64,000 nucleotides of DNA, taken from positions 1 to 64,000 of the IMG/VR virus record IMGVR_UViG_3300006735_000013; one strand, 5' to 3'. Within the stretch, counting starts at the first letter, position 1; the number at the start of each line of letters is the position of its first letter. Below the pieces are notes generated by a model, which had not been told where the DNA came from, made no database searches, and saw only the letters and a program-made list of their open reading frames with translations. Of this stretch, positions 37,780 to 47,254 are shown piece by piece. This DNA comes from a virus. A program made the translations under genes and the position numbers.

Positions 37780-38205
37780 CTATGTTTTATCTAGCCATTT
37801 TTCCCTCGTACCCATTAAATGATCCATAAGGGGGCAAACAACGCACCAATTAGTATTCTGGTTGCGGCCCATATGGTGTTCGTAGTGCCATGGCATCCAC
37901 TTCTTAAAGAATTCAACATGCTGATGCGTCTTTCTGTGTAACACCATATAGCACATAGCGTATACTATTGTTGTGGAGGCAAAGGGAAGGCAAACATATA
38001 GCAGCGGTAAATGCATTGCAATTCCCAACAAGGTGAGCCAAGTTTCGTTATGAAAAAGTTTTTGGCAATAATCCTTATCGTAATTGGCACCCCTACGAGC
38101 TACTGCGTGATGCTTCCAGTGAAATCGGAATTTAGATCTACCTTTCGGCTTATGCAATAGGATATGGACGCCCCAATCTAGGAAGTTTGCGTAAAGAAAA
38201 CCCAA
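37780..38205 (-). CDS. fatty-acid hydroxylase/sterol desaturase superfamily membrane protein
   Basis: His boxes HILLH, HWKHH, HRKTH, HYEHH; start uncertain. Confidence 0.75.
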   Translation of the reverse strand: MGFLYANFLDWGVHILLHKPKGRSKFRFHWKHHAVARRGANYDKDYCQKLFHNETWLTLLGIAMHLPLLYVCLPFASTTIVYAMCYMVLHRKTHQHVEFFKKWMPWHYEHHMGRNQNTNWCVVCPLMDHLMGTREKWLDKT

Positions 38206-38607
38206 TAAAATTCCTATTGTTACCCCAAGTCAAGACCCTCAATATGTGGAAATAGGTGCGAAAAAGATTATACACCTATATTAATTACTCCTTCGTTGAG
38301 TAAATGACTAGAAAAAACATGAATGCCAAACTGAGGCCTGCCATACCTTTCCATAGAATAATCCACATCAAATCAGACATAAGGAATCCACCAGGGAGGC
38401 TGTCCTTGTCGCCTTCCCCTCACCAGCCTACTTCTAACTTTGTTTTCTTTCATCCTCTGGCAACGCTCCGGTGTGCTGCTAAGGTCCAGTTGAGCGCGGT
38501 TGTAGACATTCGCGCTGGATCTATGTTTATATCCTGGTGGATCCGCCCGATGAATGTATATAGCAGGTGATAACCCTACGCCTACATCGTTGACCATCGG
38601 ACACATA

Positions 38608-39804
38608 TCAGTCAACTACTACAACTCTTTCTTTAGTCTCAAAATAGGGCCGCGAAGCATGTGCCTCCGTGGTCATCCACATACGCTGACATTTACTGGG
38701 TCGTGGCTTTGGTGCCATCATATCCGTAACAATAATATGACCGTCAAATGACTTGTTGTTCACGTACTCTGTTGGTGCGTCAAAACATGTTCCGCCTTTC
38801 ATAACTCGTTGGACTTGGACTTTCTTGCCCTTCTTCCAATCCCAAACCAAACTCTCGTCAACACGAGTATCGAAAGGAATAACCGTAAACTCTGCGATTT
38901 CTGCAAGTTTGTTAAGCTCTGCAAAAAACTTGGCTAACATATCATCGGTCACCGATCCAGACTGGTCAATGCTGATTGCTACCTTAGCCACACGGTTGGC
39001 CTTGCGGCCTGGGTGAACGTATGCGTACCTACGATTGATTCGCTTGATCGAACTGGACCTGTTCGCCTTCTGGCTAGCCTTTACAAAGTACCTGAGAACC
39101 TTCTTCCAGTCAACCTTAGTCTCCAAGACTTTCATAATCTTTTCGCGACAATCTCGTGAAACGGTACCCCAACTATTGTTCTTGGCGCAGTCCTCTCCGG
39201 CCTTGCGGATGATGTCCTTCAGGCGTTCTTTGGCCATGTCTTTAACCTCTTGGTTACATTTGCCCCAACCACTGTGATCATCAAGAGTTTCAATATCTGC
39301 TTCATCAAACTCAGAAGGACTGTCGGCTGGCGCGCCTCCTTCGCCCTCTTCATAGACGTCTTGCTCCTCCTTGGTAGTTTTCTTCTTAGGGAGATTAGCC
39401 AGATACCATTCAGCACTCATCCCTCTTGGTAGATCCTTGAACGGACCCACGCCAGGAATCAGACCACCTTCTGGTAGGTTCTCCAAGTGAGAGTTGATAG
39501 CAAGATCTGCGGCAATGTTCCAGCGCTTTATGTTTTCGCCTTCAGGCATTCTATCCGTCACATGCAAAAATGTGATGTGATAAAATTCATGTTTAAGCAC
39601 ATCACGGCGCTCTGCATCTGTAAGTCCTTCAAAGAAGTCTGGATTGTATAACATCTCGAATTGAGCGGTGCTTGGATTGACCAGGACACCCGCCGTTGGA
39701 ATGCTGTAAGTCGCCCTCTTGTCGATGCGTCTGGATACGGCGGCAAAGAATGGCTCGTCCATGAGAAGGCGCGCGGTGTGAATGTTGAGGTCGAAATTAG
39801 ACAT
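38608..39804 (-). CDS. metallopeptidase-like + VWA domain protein (DUF2201 type)
   Basis: HEFYH, NIAADLAIN, MIDAS DQSGS, GGT, TD. Confidence 0.88.
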   Translation of the reverse strand: MSNFDLNIHTARLLMDEPFFAAVSRRIDKRATYSIPTAGVLVNPSTAQFEMLYNPDFFEGLTDAERRDVLKHEFYHITFLHVTDRMPEGENIKRWNIAADLAINSHLENLPEGGLIPGVGPFKDLPRGMSAEWYLANLPKKKTTKEEQDVYEEGEGGAPADSPSEFDEADIETLDDHSGWGKCNQEVKDMAKERLKDIIRKAGEDCAKNNSWGTVSRDCREKIMKVLETKVDWKKVLRYFVKASQKANRSSSIKRINRRYAYVHPGRKANRVAKVAISIDQSGSVTDDMLAKFFAELNKLAEIAEFTVIPFDTRVDESLVWDWKKGKKVQVQRVMKGGTCFDAPTEYVNNKSFDGHIIVTDMMAPKPRPSKCQRMWMTTEAHASRPYFETKERVVVVD

Positions 39805-39814
39805 CTTAGTTCTC

Positions 39815-40870
39815 CTACTTATCTCCGGCAAGGATCTTTACCAAATAGTCTGAGACGGAGTCGCCGTCCACATTTGATTGGTGAAGCTTGATTGTATTGT
39901 TGATTTCCCCACTGCCAAGCACTGACCACAGTTTCATTGCAACTTCTGAAGGTAGAGAGATGAAGTACCTTGCAAGATTGTCTACCTTGTTCTGATCGAG
40001 TTCAGCCTTGAAAACCTCGGACGCTTCAAACTTGTCAATTAGAGCGGTGTGGTCGTTGATACCAAAGTCAGCAACCTTGTGCAAGTTGCCATGGTCGAGA
40101 ATATCCTCAATCGTTACCTGCCTATCGTAATTCTGAACGAAATCGTTGAACGCGACGGCAGCCTCGAAGCCAACAAATGCGGACGTCAAGGAGTAGAGTG
40201 TTGGTGACGCCTCCTTCAAAAGCTCAGCCTTCTGTAGACATTCGTCTAGACGCTCCCACGAACGGCGCGAAGGATAAACCTTGTTAGGCTCAAAGTCGTC
40301 TGAGTGTTCAAGGTGGGCGCGGTTGGTGTTGATAAAGTTCCAAGTAACCTCAGAAACCTCCGAGTCCTTAGCCCACGACAACCAGTCCTCGACGCTGGGC
40401 TCAACGTCAAACACCGTCCAACGGTCAAGCTCGGCTGGGTCCATCTCGCCAACCTGATATTGTGCCCCATGCTCGCCGCCATTGACAGCGGCGAAGACTA
40501 GGGTGTCAGGGTGAAGTGTGTGGCCGTTAAGCTTGCGTGAGTCTGTAAGCTCAAAGATGCCCTGGCGGACCTCAAGAGTGGCACGATCAACCTCGTCAAG
40601 GAACAAAACGACAGGTCGGTCACAAGCAGCCTTGAACCAGTCCGGCGGGTTGAAGCGCGTTGAGTTACTCTCAATACTAGGAAGGCCAACCAAGTCGCCC
40701 TCGGTCATTTGAGATGCGCGCCGCTCCACAACCTCCATGCTCTGCTGGGCGGCGTACTGATAGACAACTGTAGACTTGCCGATGCCATGACGTCCACGTA
40801 GCAAAACTGGTTTGCGTACGTTAGTTACGTGGTGAACGATATTTGAGAATGTTGCGAAATCAACTGCCAT
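39815..40870 (-). CDS. MoxR-type AAA+ ATPase
   Basis: Walker A GRHGIGKS, Walker B LFLDE, MDPAELDR, PSRRSW; adjacent to the VWA gene. Confidence 0.9.
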   Translation of the reverse strand: MAVDFATFSNIVHHVTNVRKPVLLRGRHGIGKSTVVYQYAAQQSMEVVERRASQMTEGDLVGLPSIESNSTRFNPPDWFKAACDRPVVLFLDEVDRATLEVRQGIFELTDSRKLNGHTLHPDTLVFAAVNGGEHGAQYQVGEMDPAELDRWTVFDVEPSVEDWLSWAKDSEVSEVTWNFINTNRAHLEHSDDFEPNKVYPSRRSWERLDECLQKAELLKEASPTLYSLTSAFVGFEAAVAFNDFVQNYDRQVTIEDILDHGNLHKVADFGINDHTALIDKFEASEVFKAELDQNKVDNLARYFISLPSEVAMKLWSVLGSGEINNTIKLHQSNVDGDSVSDYLVKILAGDK

Positions 40871-40963
40871 GATAGATCTCCTTAGTAGTTAGCAGTTATT
40901 GGTTACTCTCTCACTGTATATAAATAGTATAGCACAGCTGGCTATTGGAGTCAAGAAGTATTT

Positions 40964-41539
40964 TTATGAAAGTTGCACAATCTTTTTGAATGCCAGTTGC
41001 TCGGTTTTACTAATGCCACATGTAGATAATTTGATTGCCAACTTCAGGTCACAATTGGGGTGCTCGGCTAACTTTGCAAGCGCGTGGCGACGACTATAAG
41101 ACGAATAGTCAGCAGGCGGGTGTTTCTTTGGGTCTAGGTGGTCGTCATACGCCCTGTTCAATAGGGGAGTCGGACTATGGTTGGCTCCTTGGCCATACCA
41201 AGAGTATCCGCCGATAAAGGTCGCCGTCGCCCTGTAATGACTGTTGTTCCAAATTTGGGGGTACCTTTCATATAGTTCAATATATTTTTCAGGTTCATCC
41301 TTGTAGTGTCCCGCTTGAATCATTGTTGCCTTCACAACATAGGCGCGTGGTTGGTCATTCCACAAGTAGTCCCTAACTGTTTCATCCAAACCTGCATTGT
41401 AAGATAAGTGGTCTCTTGCAACCTTGTAGCCGGTTTTGGCAATAGCCATTTGCAGGTCTGCGGGTAGGAAACGATTCTTGGCTAAACCGTTCAATTCTGA
41501 GTTAGTCATCTGTAAGACGTGTCTAGTTAGTTTGTTCAC
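40964..41539 (-). CDS. hypothetical helical protein
   Basis: ORF track. Confidence 0.65.
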   Translation of the reverse strand: MNKLTRHVLQMTNSELNGLAKNRFLPADLQMAIAKTGYKVARDHLSYNAGLDETVRDYLWNDQPRAYVVKATMIQAGHYKDEPEKYIELYERYPQIWNNSHYRATATFIGGYSWYGQGANHSPTPLLNRAYDDHLDPKKHPPADYSSYSRRHALAKLAEHPNCDLKLAIKLSTCGISKTEQLAFKKIVQLS

Positions 41540-41659
41540 TATTGTAATCTTTCAATCTCATTCGAAATGTTTTCTGCGACTTCAAAAAGGTCAAACCTCT
41601 CAAAGCCCCAAGTTGGAATGTCCATCTTTTCGATTCTCTTGATTTCTATATCTATAATA

Positions 41660-41980
41660 TCAAAGATTTGCTTGAAAGTCAAGCTTTTCTTGTGGGTTTC
41701 TTTGTTCTTTGGGGCTTGTGGGTAGTTCTCGAAGGGGTCTGATTTCATTTGTTTTCTTGTCTTTCTCCAGGTGCTCCAACCACCTGGCTCTGACCCAGCG
41801 GTCATCGCCATTGACAAAATGTACTCGGCAATGATATTCATCAATGTGCCAAATCCATTCATCAGGGTTTGTCATATGGTTGTTTATTAGTGATTTCTGT
41901 ACTACGAGTCCTGGCACTTGGTCTTCTTGTCTTAAGCGAGGACAGTAAACTAAATCTCCTACATCAAATCTTTGTCTCAT
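41660..41980 (-). CDS. SH3-like protein (FDVGDLV)
   Basis: GLVV...CRVHF...WV; promoter at 41988..42016. Confidence 0.65.
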   Translation of the reverse strand: MRQRFDVGDLVYCPRLRQEDQVPGLVVQKSLINNHMTNPDEWIWHIDEYHCRVHFVNGDDRWVRARWLEHLEKDKKTNEIRPLRELPTSPKEQRNPQEKLDFQANL

Positions 41981-42026
41981 ATATACTATGTTAGTATAAA
42001 ACAACTAAAAAGTCAAGTCTTTTTTG

Positions 42027-42233
42027 TTAATAAGCATACTTTATTTCTTTTCTTGAGTGGTTAGGGTTCTGGCCAACGATCTGCACTGGCCACTGAACCG
42101 TGTAACCGTAAGCCCTGTTAGGATGACACTCTATTACCAGCCCGACCAGGTTTGGATCTTCCCTGGCAATCGGGATGTTCCATTGTCTTTTTTTTCCGTA
42201 AGCGGAAAGCTTTACCAAATCACCGACTTTCAC
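42027..42233 (-). CDS. MKVGDLV cassette 9
   Basis: GTG in the junction repeat; last gene of the array. Confidence 0.85.
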   Translation of the reverse strand: MKVGDLVKLSAYGKKRQWNIPIAREDPNLVGLVIECHPNRAYGYTVQWPVQIVGQNPNHSRKEIKYAY

Positions 42234-42390
42234 TGACTAGCTCCAGATTTTCTTTTAGAGCTGGTACCGATGTGCCGGTATCAACAAACACTATTTTGAC
42301 CATACCCGGAGGTCCATCAAACAAGACCAGGGCGGGTCTGCGTCTGGCCCGGCAAAAATTCTTAAGAACCACCAAATCACCGACTTTCAC
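42220..42390 (-). CDS. MKVGDLV cassette 8 (56 aa, not in the ORF track)
   Basis: MKVGDLVVLKNFCRARRRPALVLFDGPPGMVKIVFVDTGTSVPALKENLELVSESR*. Confidence 0.85.
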   Translation of the reverse strand: MKVGDLVVLKNFCRARRRPALVLFDGPPGMVKIVFVDTGTSVPALKENLELVSESR

Positions 42391-42577
42391 TGACTAGCTC
42401 CAAATCTTCCTCTTCATAACTTTCTAGACCACCGCTCTGTGATACTACGTCAACAAGATAGTAATGCTCGTATGGATAAGCCTCACCACCGGGTTTGCAG
42501 TCTTCAGAGAGCCTAGCTTCTGATACAACAACACCAACCTCATACCCGTCTACAAAGACCAAATCACCGACTTTCAC
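42377..42577 (-). CDS. MKVGDLV cassette 7
   Basis: Ends LELVSESR*. Confidence 0.85.
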   Translation of the reverse strand: MKVGDLVFVDGYEVGVVVSEARLSEDCKPGGEAYPYEHYYLVDVVSQSGGLESYEEEDLELVSESR

Positions 42578-42746
42578 TGATTAGCTCCAATTCTTCGTGG
42601 TCGTCAGGTATTGGGCCCGTAGGAGGGCCTTCGAACCACATAACATATACCACGCTATCTCCACCGATAAGTGAACCTTTCCTTACAGACAGCACGATAC
42701 CCGTATCGCCATCGACTCTCCATCTTACCAAGTCGCCGGCTTTCAT
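42564..42746 (-). CDS. MKAGDLV cassette 6
   Basis: Ends LELISESR*; ATGA-coupled start. Confidence 0.85.
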   Translation of the reverse strand: MKAGDLVRWRVDGDTGIVLSVRKGSLIGGDSVVYVMWFEGPPTGPIPDDHEELELISESR

Positions 42747-42928
42747 GAAATTCTCCTTAGATATTTCTCCTGAACATTTTCACTGATATGTCCAGTCTTT
42801 TGCCATAAGACTCTGTATTCATTTGCATCATACCTATGAATCAAAAAGTCGATGCTGAAACCCAAAATAACACCAATATTTTTCAGACCCTTTCTGCGAG
42901 TTGAGTACACCAAATCACCGACTTTCAC
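42743..42928 (-). CDS. MKVGDLV cassette 5
   Basis: Ends LRRIS*. Confidence 0.85.
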   Translation of the reverse strand: MKVGDLVYSTRRKGLKNIGVILGFSIDFLIHRYDANEYRVLWQKTGHISENVQEKYLRRIS

Positions 42929-43103
42929 TGATTACCACCAGTGCTTTATAGCTCCATAATCTTTTGCCGTGTGCTGTGACGACGTGAACGTCAGGATTCA
43001 AGAACGCACTCTCATCATAACTCGGACACTTGCCAGCATAACCTAGGCCCGTCACGATTCCTGTGTGGCCTTGTCCATTTTTTACTAAATCACCGACTTT
43101 CAC
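42915..43103 (-). CDS. MKVGDLV cassette 4
   Basis: Ends LVVISESR*. Confidence 0.85.
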   Translation of the reverse strand: MKVGDLVKNGQGHTGIVTGLGYAGKCPSYDESAFLNPDVHVVTAHGKRLWSYKALVVISESR

Positions 43104-43284
43104 TGATTACCTCCGCTTGTGATTCCCATAGTGGACCTGTCAAAGTGGGGAATGTTGGAGAGTGTTTGTCCCACAAGACTTTGAACAGCCTCCTGCGAGA
43201 TGACAGTGGGCGAGGAACTTCTGCCGTGACAATGCCAACTCTTTCCAGTCCCCAACTCTCTTTTACTAAATCACCGACCTTCAC
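43090..43284 (-). CDS. MKVGDLV cassette 3
   Basis: Start moved to the GTG in the repeat; ends AEVISESR*. Confidence 0.85.
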   Translation of the reverse strand: MKVGDLVKESWGLERVGIVTAEVPRPLSSRRRLFKVLWDKHSPTFPTLTGPLWESQAEVISESR

Positions 43285-43420
43285 TGAGCAACTCCGTATC
43301 ATCCCTGTGGATACGATATTCTCCGTCAGGAAAGAGAACATAAAATCCGAACGGAACAACCCTGGTGATAATGCCAAGACCATCGGAACTAACCTGTTTT
43401 ACTAAATCACCGACTTTCAC
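43271..43420 (-). CDS. MKVGDLV cassette 2 (49 aa, not in the ORF track)
   Basis: MKVGDLVKQVSSDGLGIITRVVPFGFYVLFPDGEYRIHRDDTELLSEGR*. Confidence 0.85.
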   Translation of the reverse strand: MKVGDLVKQVSSDGLGIITRVVPFGFYVLFPDGEYRIHRDDTELLSEGR

Positions 43421-43574
43421 TTATCACCTCCAGATACATTTCCGTCAACCATTCTTTACCGTGGCCGCTCCACACAACCTTGAACATCCCCTCGGGTTCG
43501 TCTACCTCGATAACGATTCCATATTGCGCATCTCGAATCCAATCTTTGTCCCTTACCAAGTCACCGACTTTCAT
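43407..43574 (-). CDS. MKVGDLV cassette 1
   Basis: ATG with SD GGAG just downstream of tRNA-Arg; ends LEVISESR*. Confidence 0.85.
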   Translation of the reverse strand: MKVGDLVRDKDWIRDAQYGIVIEVDEPEGMFKVVWSGHGKEWLTEMYLEVISESR

Positions 43575-43595
43575 TTGATAACTCCAACAAGTTTG

Positions 43596-43669
43596 CACCC
43601 TGGATAGGACTCGAACCTATAACCTACGGCTTAGAAGGCCGTTGCTCTATCCAATTGAGCTACCAGGGC
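43596..43669 (-). tRNA. tRNA-Arg(TCT)
   Basis: GCCCTGG...; anticodon arm ACGGC-CTTCTAA-GCCGT; GTTCGAG T-loop. Confidence 0.95.
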
Positions 43670-43684
43670 ATTGTTCATATTTAT

Positions 43685-43713
43685 ATAATATCACAGTACA
43701 ATCATCATGTCAA
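43685..43713 (-). promoter_or_regulatory. sigma70 promoter heading tRNA-Arg and the cassette array
   Basis: TTGACA-17-TATTAT. Confidence 0.8.
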
Positions 43714-44592
43714 CAAATTTTTGGCTCTGTGGAGGGACTTTTTTACAAACTCTTCTTTGTATTCACAGCCTTTGAACTTTCGCCCTGTTCTGAGTGCAGA
43801 GATCATGGTGGAAGCTGAGCCTGCAAAGCAGTCTAAAACAGTGTCTCCGGGCTTTGTGTGGGCCAGAATTATTCTATCCATAATTTCTAGCGGTTTCTGC
43901 GTTGGGTGCCAGCCGGCATACTCTTTGCTAGTTGTGTGGTTGTTCTTCATCCACACATCTGTTGGGATCTTCCCTTTTTTAAACTTTATATCCTTTTGCT
44001 TTAGATTTTCTAACTCGGAGATTAGCTCATCTTCATTCTTTTTATCGAACCTGTAAGTTTCCCAACTCCTCCAGTCTTTTTCTTTGGTGATTCCTTCTGA
44101 AAAATACTTTTGTATCAGATTTATTTTGCGAGTGATGGCCATATTGGATTTTACGGCGCGCGGGACTAAAACATTGTCAGCATAAAAATCAAAATTTTTG
44201 CCTTTGGAATACATAACTAGGTCTTCATGTTTTCTTGCAAAGTTACTTTTGGTTCTTCCACCCCAATCGTAGTGCCAGATTATCCAACTTTGATAGTGGG
44301 CGTTTTCGACATTATTTAGAACATCGAGCTTATACCTCAAGAATGTATCGTGCTTGGTTGTGCCCCAGACATAGAAGCAGCCTCCCGGCTTCAACACCCT
44401 GAAGCATTCGTCTGTCCACTCTTTGCACCAATCAATGTATCCTTGCTCAGACTTCCATTGGTTGTCCCAATCATCCTTTATGATGCTACAGTATGGAGGG
44501 TCTACACACACCAAATCAATACTGTTGTCATCTAATTTTTCTAAGTACTCCAGGCAGTCGCTAGTCACAAGTTCTGCATTGTGTAAAGACAT
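43705..44592 (-). CDS. DNA N6-adenine/N4-cytosine methyltransferase (beta class)
   Basis: DPPY near the N-terminus, HPTQKP, VLDCFAGS near the C-terminus. Confidence 0.9.
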   Translation of the reverse strand: MSLHNAELVTSDCLEYLEKLDDNSIDLVCVDPPYCSIIKDDWDNQWKSEQGYIDWCKEWTDECFRVLKPGGCFYVWGTTKHDTFLRYKLDVLNNVENAHYQSWIIWHYDWGGRTKSNFARKHEDLVMYSKGKNFDFYADNVLVPRAVKSNMAITRKINLIQKYFSEGITKEKDWRSWETYRFDKKNEDELISELENLKQKDIKFKKGKIPTDVWMKNNHTTSKEYAGWHPTQKPLEIMDRIILAHTKPGDTVLDCFAGSASTMISALRTGRKFKGCEYKEEFVKKSLHRAKNLLT

Positions 44593-44639
44593 GCTTTCTC
44601 CTATTTTGTTTATGTTATATAATATCAGAAAGTGACAGG

Positions 44640-44834
44640 CTAGTCAAGACTTTTTGTTATTTTTTGCAGCATCCATCTTGGAAAATCTTGGTACTTGCTT
44701 TTCTGTTCCCAGCTGATGTAGACCCTAAACCAGTCTTCATCTATTTGAGAAAACACTATTCCTTTTATTGAGTTTGGAAGGGGGCTTGTTTGCTTTGAGG
44801 CGATTATATGTACGAGGTCTCCTACTTTTACCAT
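44640..44834 (-). CDS. MVKVGDLV-family protein
   Basis: Family motif. Confidence 0.7.
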   Translation of the reverse strand: MVKVGDLVHIIASKQTSPLPNSIKGIVFSQIDEDWFRVYISWEQKSKYQDFPRWMLQKITKSLD

Positions 44835-45214
44835 CCGCACAAGTCCTCGAAAATATCAATATCTCCAAGCGTGTTAGATTGATTGCAAGTTTTGGTTTGT
44901 GGTTCTTTCTTTTTTCTTTTTTGCGCTGCCTCGGAATCATGGACTTCAATTATTGATTGCGTCTCAACAACCATATAAAAAGGGTCACCGCCCAAATAGA
45001 CTCTCATCTTGTTGCCATTGTGTAGGGTTATTACAGGATCGCTTTCAGAAATAACTGGAAGTGTGACAAATTCAAACGCTGTCAACGCCTTGGCACGGGC
45101 AGAAGAAGTGCCAAAATATTTACTTTTAGCCAAGAACCTTCCACTAATTGAACATTTGGATATTGATCTTTCGTTGTTTTCTAGAAATGAGATATGTTTA
45201 ATTCTAAATTTCAC
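44828..45214 (-). CDS. hypothetical protein
   Basis: GTGA coupling with the upstream gene. Confidence 0.55.
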   Translation of the reverse strand: MKFRIKHISFLENNERSISKCSISGRFLAKSKYFGTSSARAKALTAFEFVTLPVISESDPVITLHNGNKMRVYLGGDPFYMVVETQSIIEVHDSEAAQKRKKKEPQTKTCNQSNTLGDIDIFEDLCGW

Positions 45215-45885
45215 CCTCTTTTCCTCTTCAGGTCTGATTCGTGTGCGTAAACAGGACTTGCCTCACCAGTAAATAGTACCTTGTATATCCTAGAGCCCTT
45301 CGCGGCTCTAGTAACCGGCTTTGCATCAGCTTCAAGTACAAAGCCAATCTTTTGTTCCATTTTATAGCGAGCGGATCGGTTAGGATAACTATCAGGGCCT
45401 GCGTTTGCTATATCAATTTTGTTATTAGACCTGACCTGAACACAATCCGACACCTTAAACTTTAAAGGTTGCTCGTAATTATTTCTAATCTTGAGAGCAT
45501 ATTTGTTCTCGCAAAACTTATCCCAATCTTTTTTTGAGAGAACAAAATTTTCAGGGTCGGATAGTACAGCGTTGACGTGAATAGCATAGTACTGGGTTGT
45601 CTTATAGTATAGAGCCACCTTAGTTGCAATGTTCCTATGGCCATCTGAGAAGTTTTTATCCCAGAGTGACATCTCTTTTAGTTTATCTTCGCTGTATTTG
45701 TCCTCAATTTTTCTTAGCCACTGTTCCTGGCTGTAACTGAGTTGGTCTCTGGTATTCGCCTGCGACACTAGAGAATTCAGAAAGTCACTCTCCCTGTAGG
45801 TAAGGTAGCCCTTTGCGCTATTTATAAGACTTTTGAGTTCTGATTTGCTTATTTTTCTTGGGGTAAAATATTCTTCATTTCTCAT
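45211..45885 (-). CDS. hypothetical protein with C-terminal SH3-like domain
   Basis: Start moved to MRNEE; FKVSDCVQV...IGFVL...YKVLF...HESDLK. Confidence 0.65.
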   Translation of the reverse strand: MRNEEYFTPRKISKSELKSLINSAKGYLTYRESDFLNSLVSQANTRDQLSYSQEQWLRKIEDKYSEDKLKEMSLWDKNFSDGHRNIATKVALYYKTTQYYAIHVNAVLSDPENFVLSKKDWDKFCENKYALKIRNNYEQPLKFKVSDCVQVRSNNKIDIANAGPDSYPNRSARYKMEQKIGFVLEADAKPVTRAAKGSRIYKVLFTGEASPVYAHESDLKRKRG

Positions 45886-46075
45886 TGTGTGACTCTCTGA
45901 TTTCTTCAAGGGGTTTAAGATTGCTAGAAATAGTGTAATATGCCTTCGATTCTTTTTGAAAGTAGACTTTGTAAATATCTTCCGAACCTTCAAATATACT
46001 TGAATCAAATTCTTCGATTATGACGCCACGAGCGTAGTCATGCCTTACGTCTACTACTAAATCTCCGACCTTCAT
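45875..46075 (-). CDS. MKVGDLV-family protein
   Basis: Family motif; promoter at 46103..46131. Confidence 0.8.
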   Translation of the reverse strand: MKVGDLVVDVRHDYARGVIIEEFDSSIFEGSEDIYKVYFQKESKAYYTISSNLKPLEEIRESHNEK

Positions 46076-46303
46076 TTGGCGCTCCTCAATTGTTGTATTA
46101 TAATAATATCAGATAGTTGCAAGAATGTCAAGATTTTATTTCATGAATATCGTAAATCAATTCCGAACAAGGATACCAGCCGGGTTGTGCTGTTGGGGAC
46201 ACCCATATCATGTAAGCCATGAAATCTCTCTTTTTGAGGCATTGCCCCCAGCACTTGTAGCGTGTTGAATAGTAAACGGTGTTAGATTTTAGTTGCTCTT
46301 TCT

Positions 46304-46558
46304 TCATGTTCCATAGGTCACCGTCATTGTTCGGACATTCGATGACCATTCTTTGTTTTTCTTGGAAACTTTTCCTGGCTTCAGCCTCTTGATTTGTTCA
46401 TCAGTGAACTCGGCCCACTCCTCATTTGCAGAGAAATAAACCAAATGTTTGCCAGTTTCTTCTGAAGTTTTTATATAAATTCCGACTTCATCTTTTACAT
46501 TGAAGTCAAAGAGATCATAATCAATCAGCACACGGACTTCTTCGCCCTTTTTCATCAC
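46304..46558 (-). CDS. SH3-like protein (MKKGEEVRV)
   Basis: Pattern match. Confidence 0.6.
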   Translation of the reverse strand: MMKKGEEVRVLIDYDLFDFNVKDEVGIYIKTSEETGKHLVYFSANEEWAEFTDEQIKRLKPGKVSKKNKEWSSNVRTMTVTYGT

Positions 46559-46830
46559 AGATCCTTACGAATTAACAAATTTTCTCTTAAATTGTCAGAT
46601 ACAGCTTGACAAATAGACAAGACGTCTTCTCTGCTGTCGCAGCACCAGGGCTTGTCTACAAGTAATTCTCTAACTCTAATAAAAACCTCTTCATAATGGC
46701 CAGTCGCATCTGTGACGTTTTTTGTGTCTAAATTGTCAACAATGAAGCCGGAGGCTGAGCGTAACGATCCTTCGGGCCCGTGGGCCTGTTCTGACCAAGC
46801 ATACCCTTTACCTTTTCTAGTATTTTTCAC
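46555..46830 (-). CDS. hypothetical protein
   Basis: Coupled ORF. Confidence 0.6.
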   Translation of the reverse strand: MKNTRKGKGYAWSEQAHGPEGSLRSASGFIVDNLDTKNVTDATGHYEEVFIRVRELLVDKPWCCDSREDVLSICQAVSDNLRENLLIRKDL

Positions 46831-47024
46831 TTTGAGTATTCGCTTTCATTTGCTAATAACAGCAGAGAATCTGCCAGCTCAAATGCGGAATCTGTATCCA
46901 AATCAATCCTATATTCATCTCCAATGAGAAGCGTAACACATCTGTTTTCTTGAAAAATTTCTGCCAAGATTACATCTCCATCCGGTGTATTTATATAAAA
47001 ATTTTTTCTATTATGTAAGCTCAT
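46827..47024 (-). CDS. hypothetical protein
   Basis: Coupled ORF. Confidence 0.6.
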   Translation of the reverse strand: MSLHNRKNFYINTPDGDVILAEIFQENRCVTLLIGDEYRIDLDTDSAFELADSLLLLANESEYSK

Positions 47025-47227
47025 TATAACACAACCTTGTCCTCTCCGTCAACGGAAAAGAGTCTCCAATATTTATATTTAACTATGCTTCCTTCTAATA
47101 GACCCTGGTCTATGAGAACATTATAATGGTCTTCGCCCACTCTTCCGACAATCGTACCACTAATACCTAGTGGCCGGCCAAAGGGAAAGTCAAGAATCAA
47201 AACCTTGTCATCTTTCTTGAAGTCCAT
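47024..47227 (-). CDS. SH3-like protein (FKKDDKV)
   Basis: GTIV...YNVLI; ACTATTTA motif 4 nt upstream of the ATG. Confidence 0.65.
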   Translation of the reverse strand: MDFKKDDKVLILDFPFGRPLGISGTIVGRVGEDHYNVLIDQGLLEGSIVKYKYWRLFSVDGEDKVVL

Positions 47228-47254
47228 ACATTAAATAGTATGGAACAAGATATA

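Larger units (their letters stand above)
42214..43584 (-). repeat. array of ~30-bp gene-junction direct repeats spaced 136-187 bp apart
   Basis: Copies begin at 42214, 42371, 42558, (42727, degenerate), 42909, 43084, 43265, 43401 and 43555; core AAATCACCGACTTTCAC on the plus strand. Confidence 0.95.

Noticed and set aside
42027-43574. Classical integron or diversity-generating retroelement
   Set aside because: No attC-like hairpins, no integrase or reverse transcriptase, and no TR/VR pair with A-specific mismatches were seen.
42214-43584. CRISPR array
   Set aside because: Spacers exceed 100 bp and are complete ORFs, the repeat is itself coding and only weakly palindromic, and there are no cas genes in the window.
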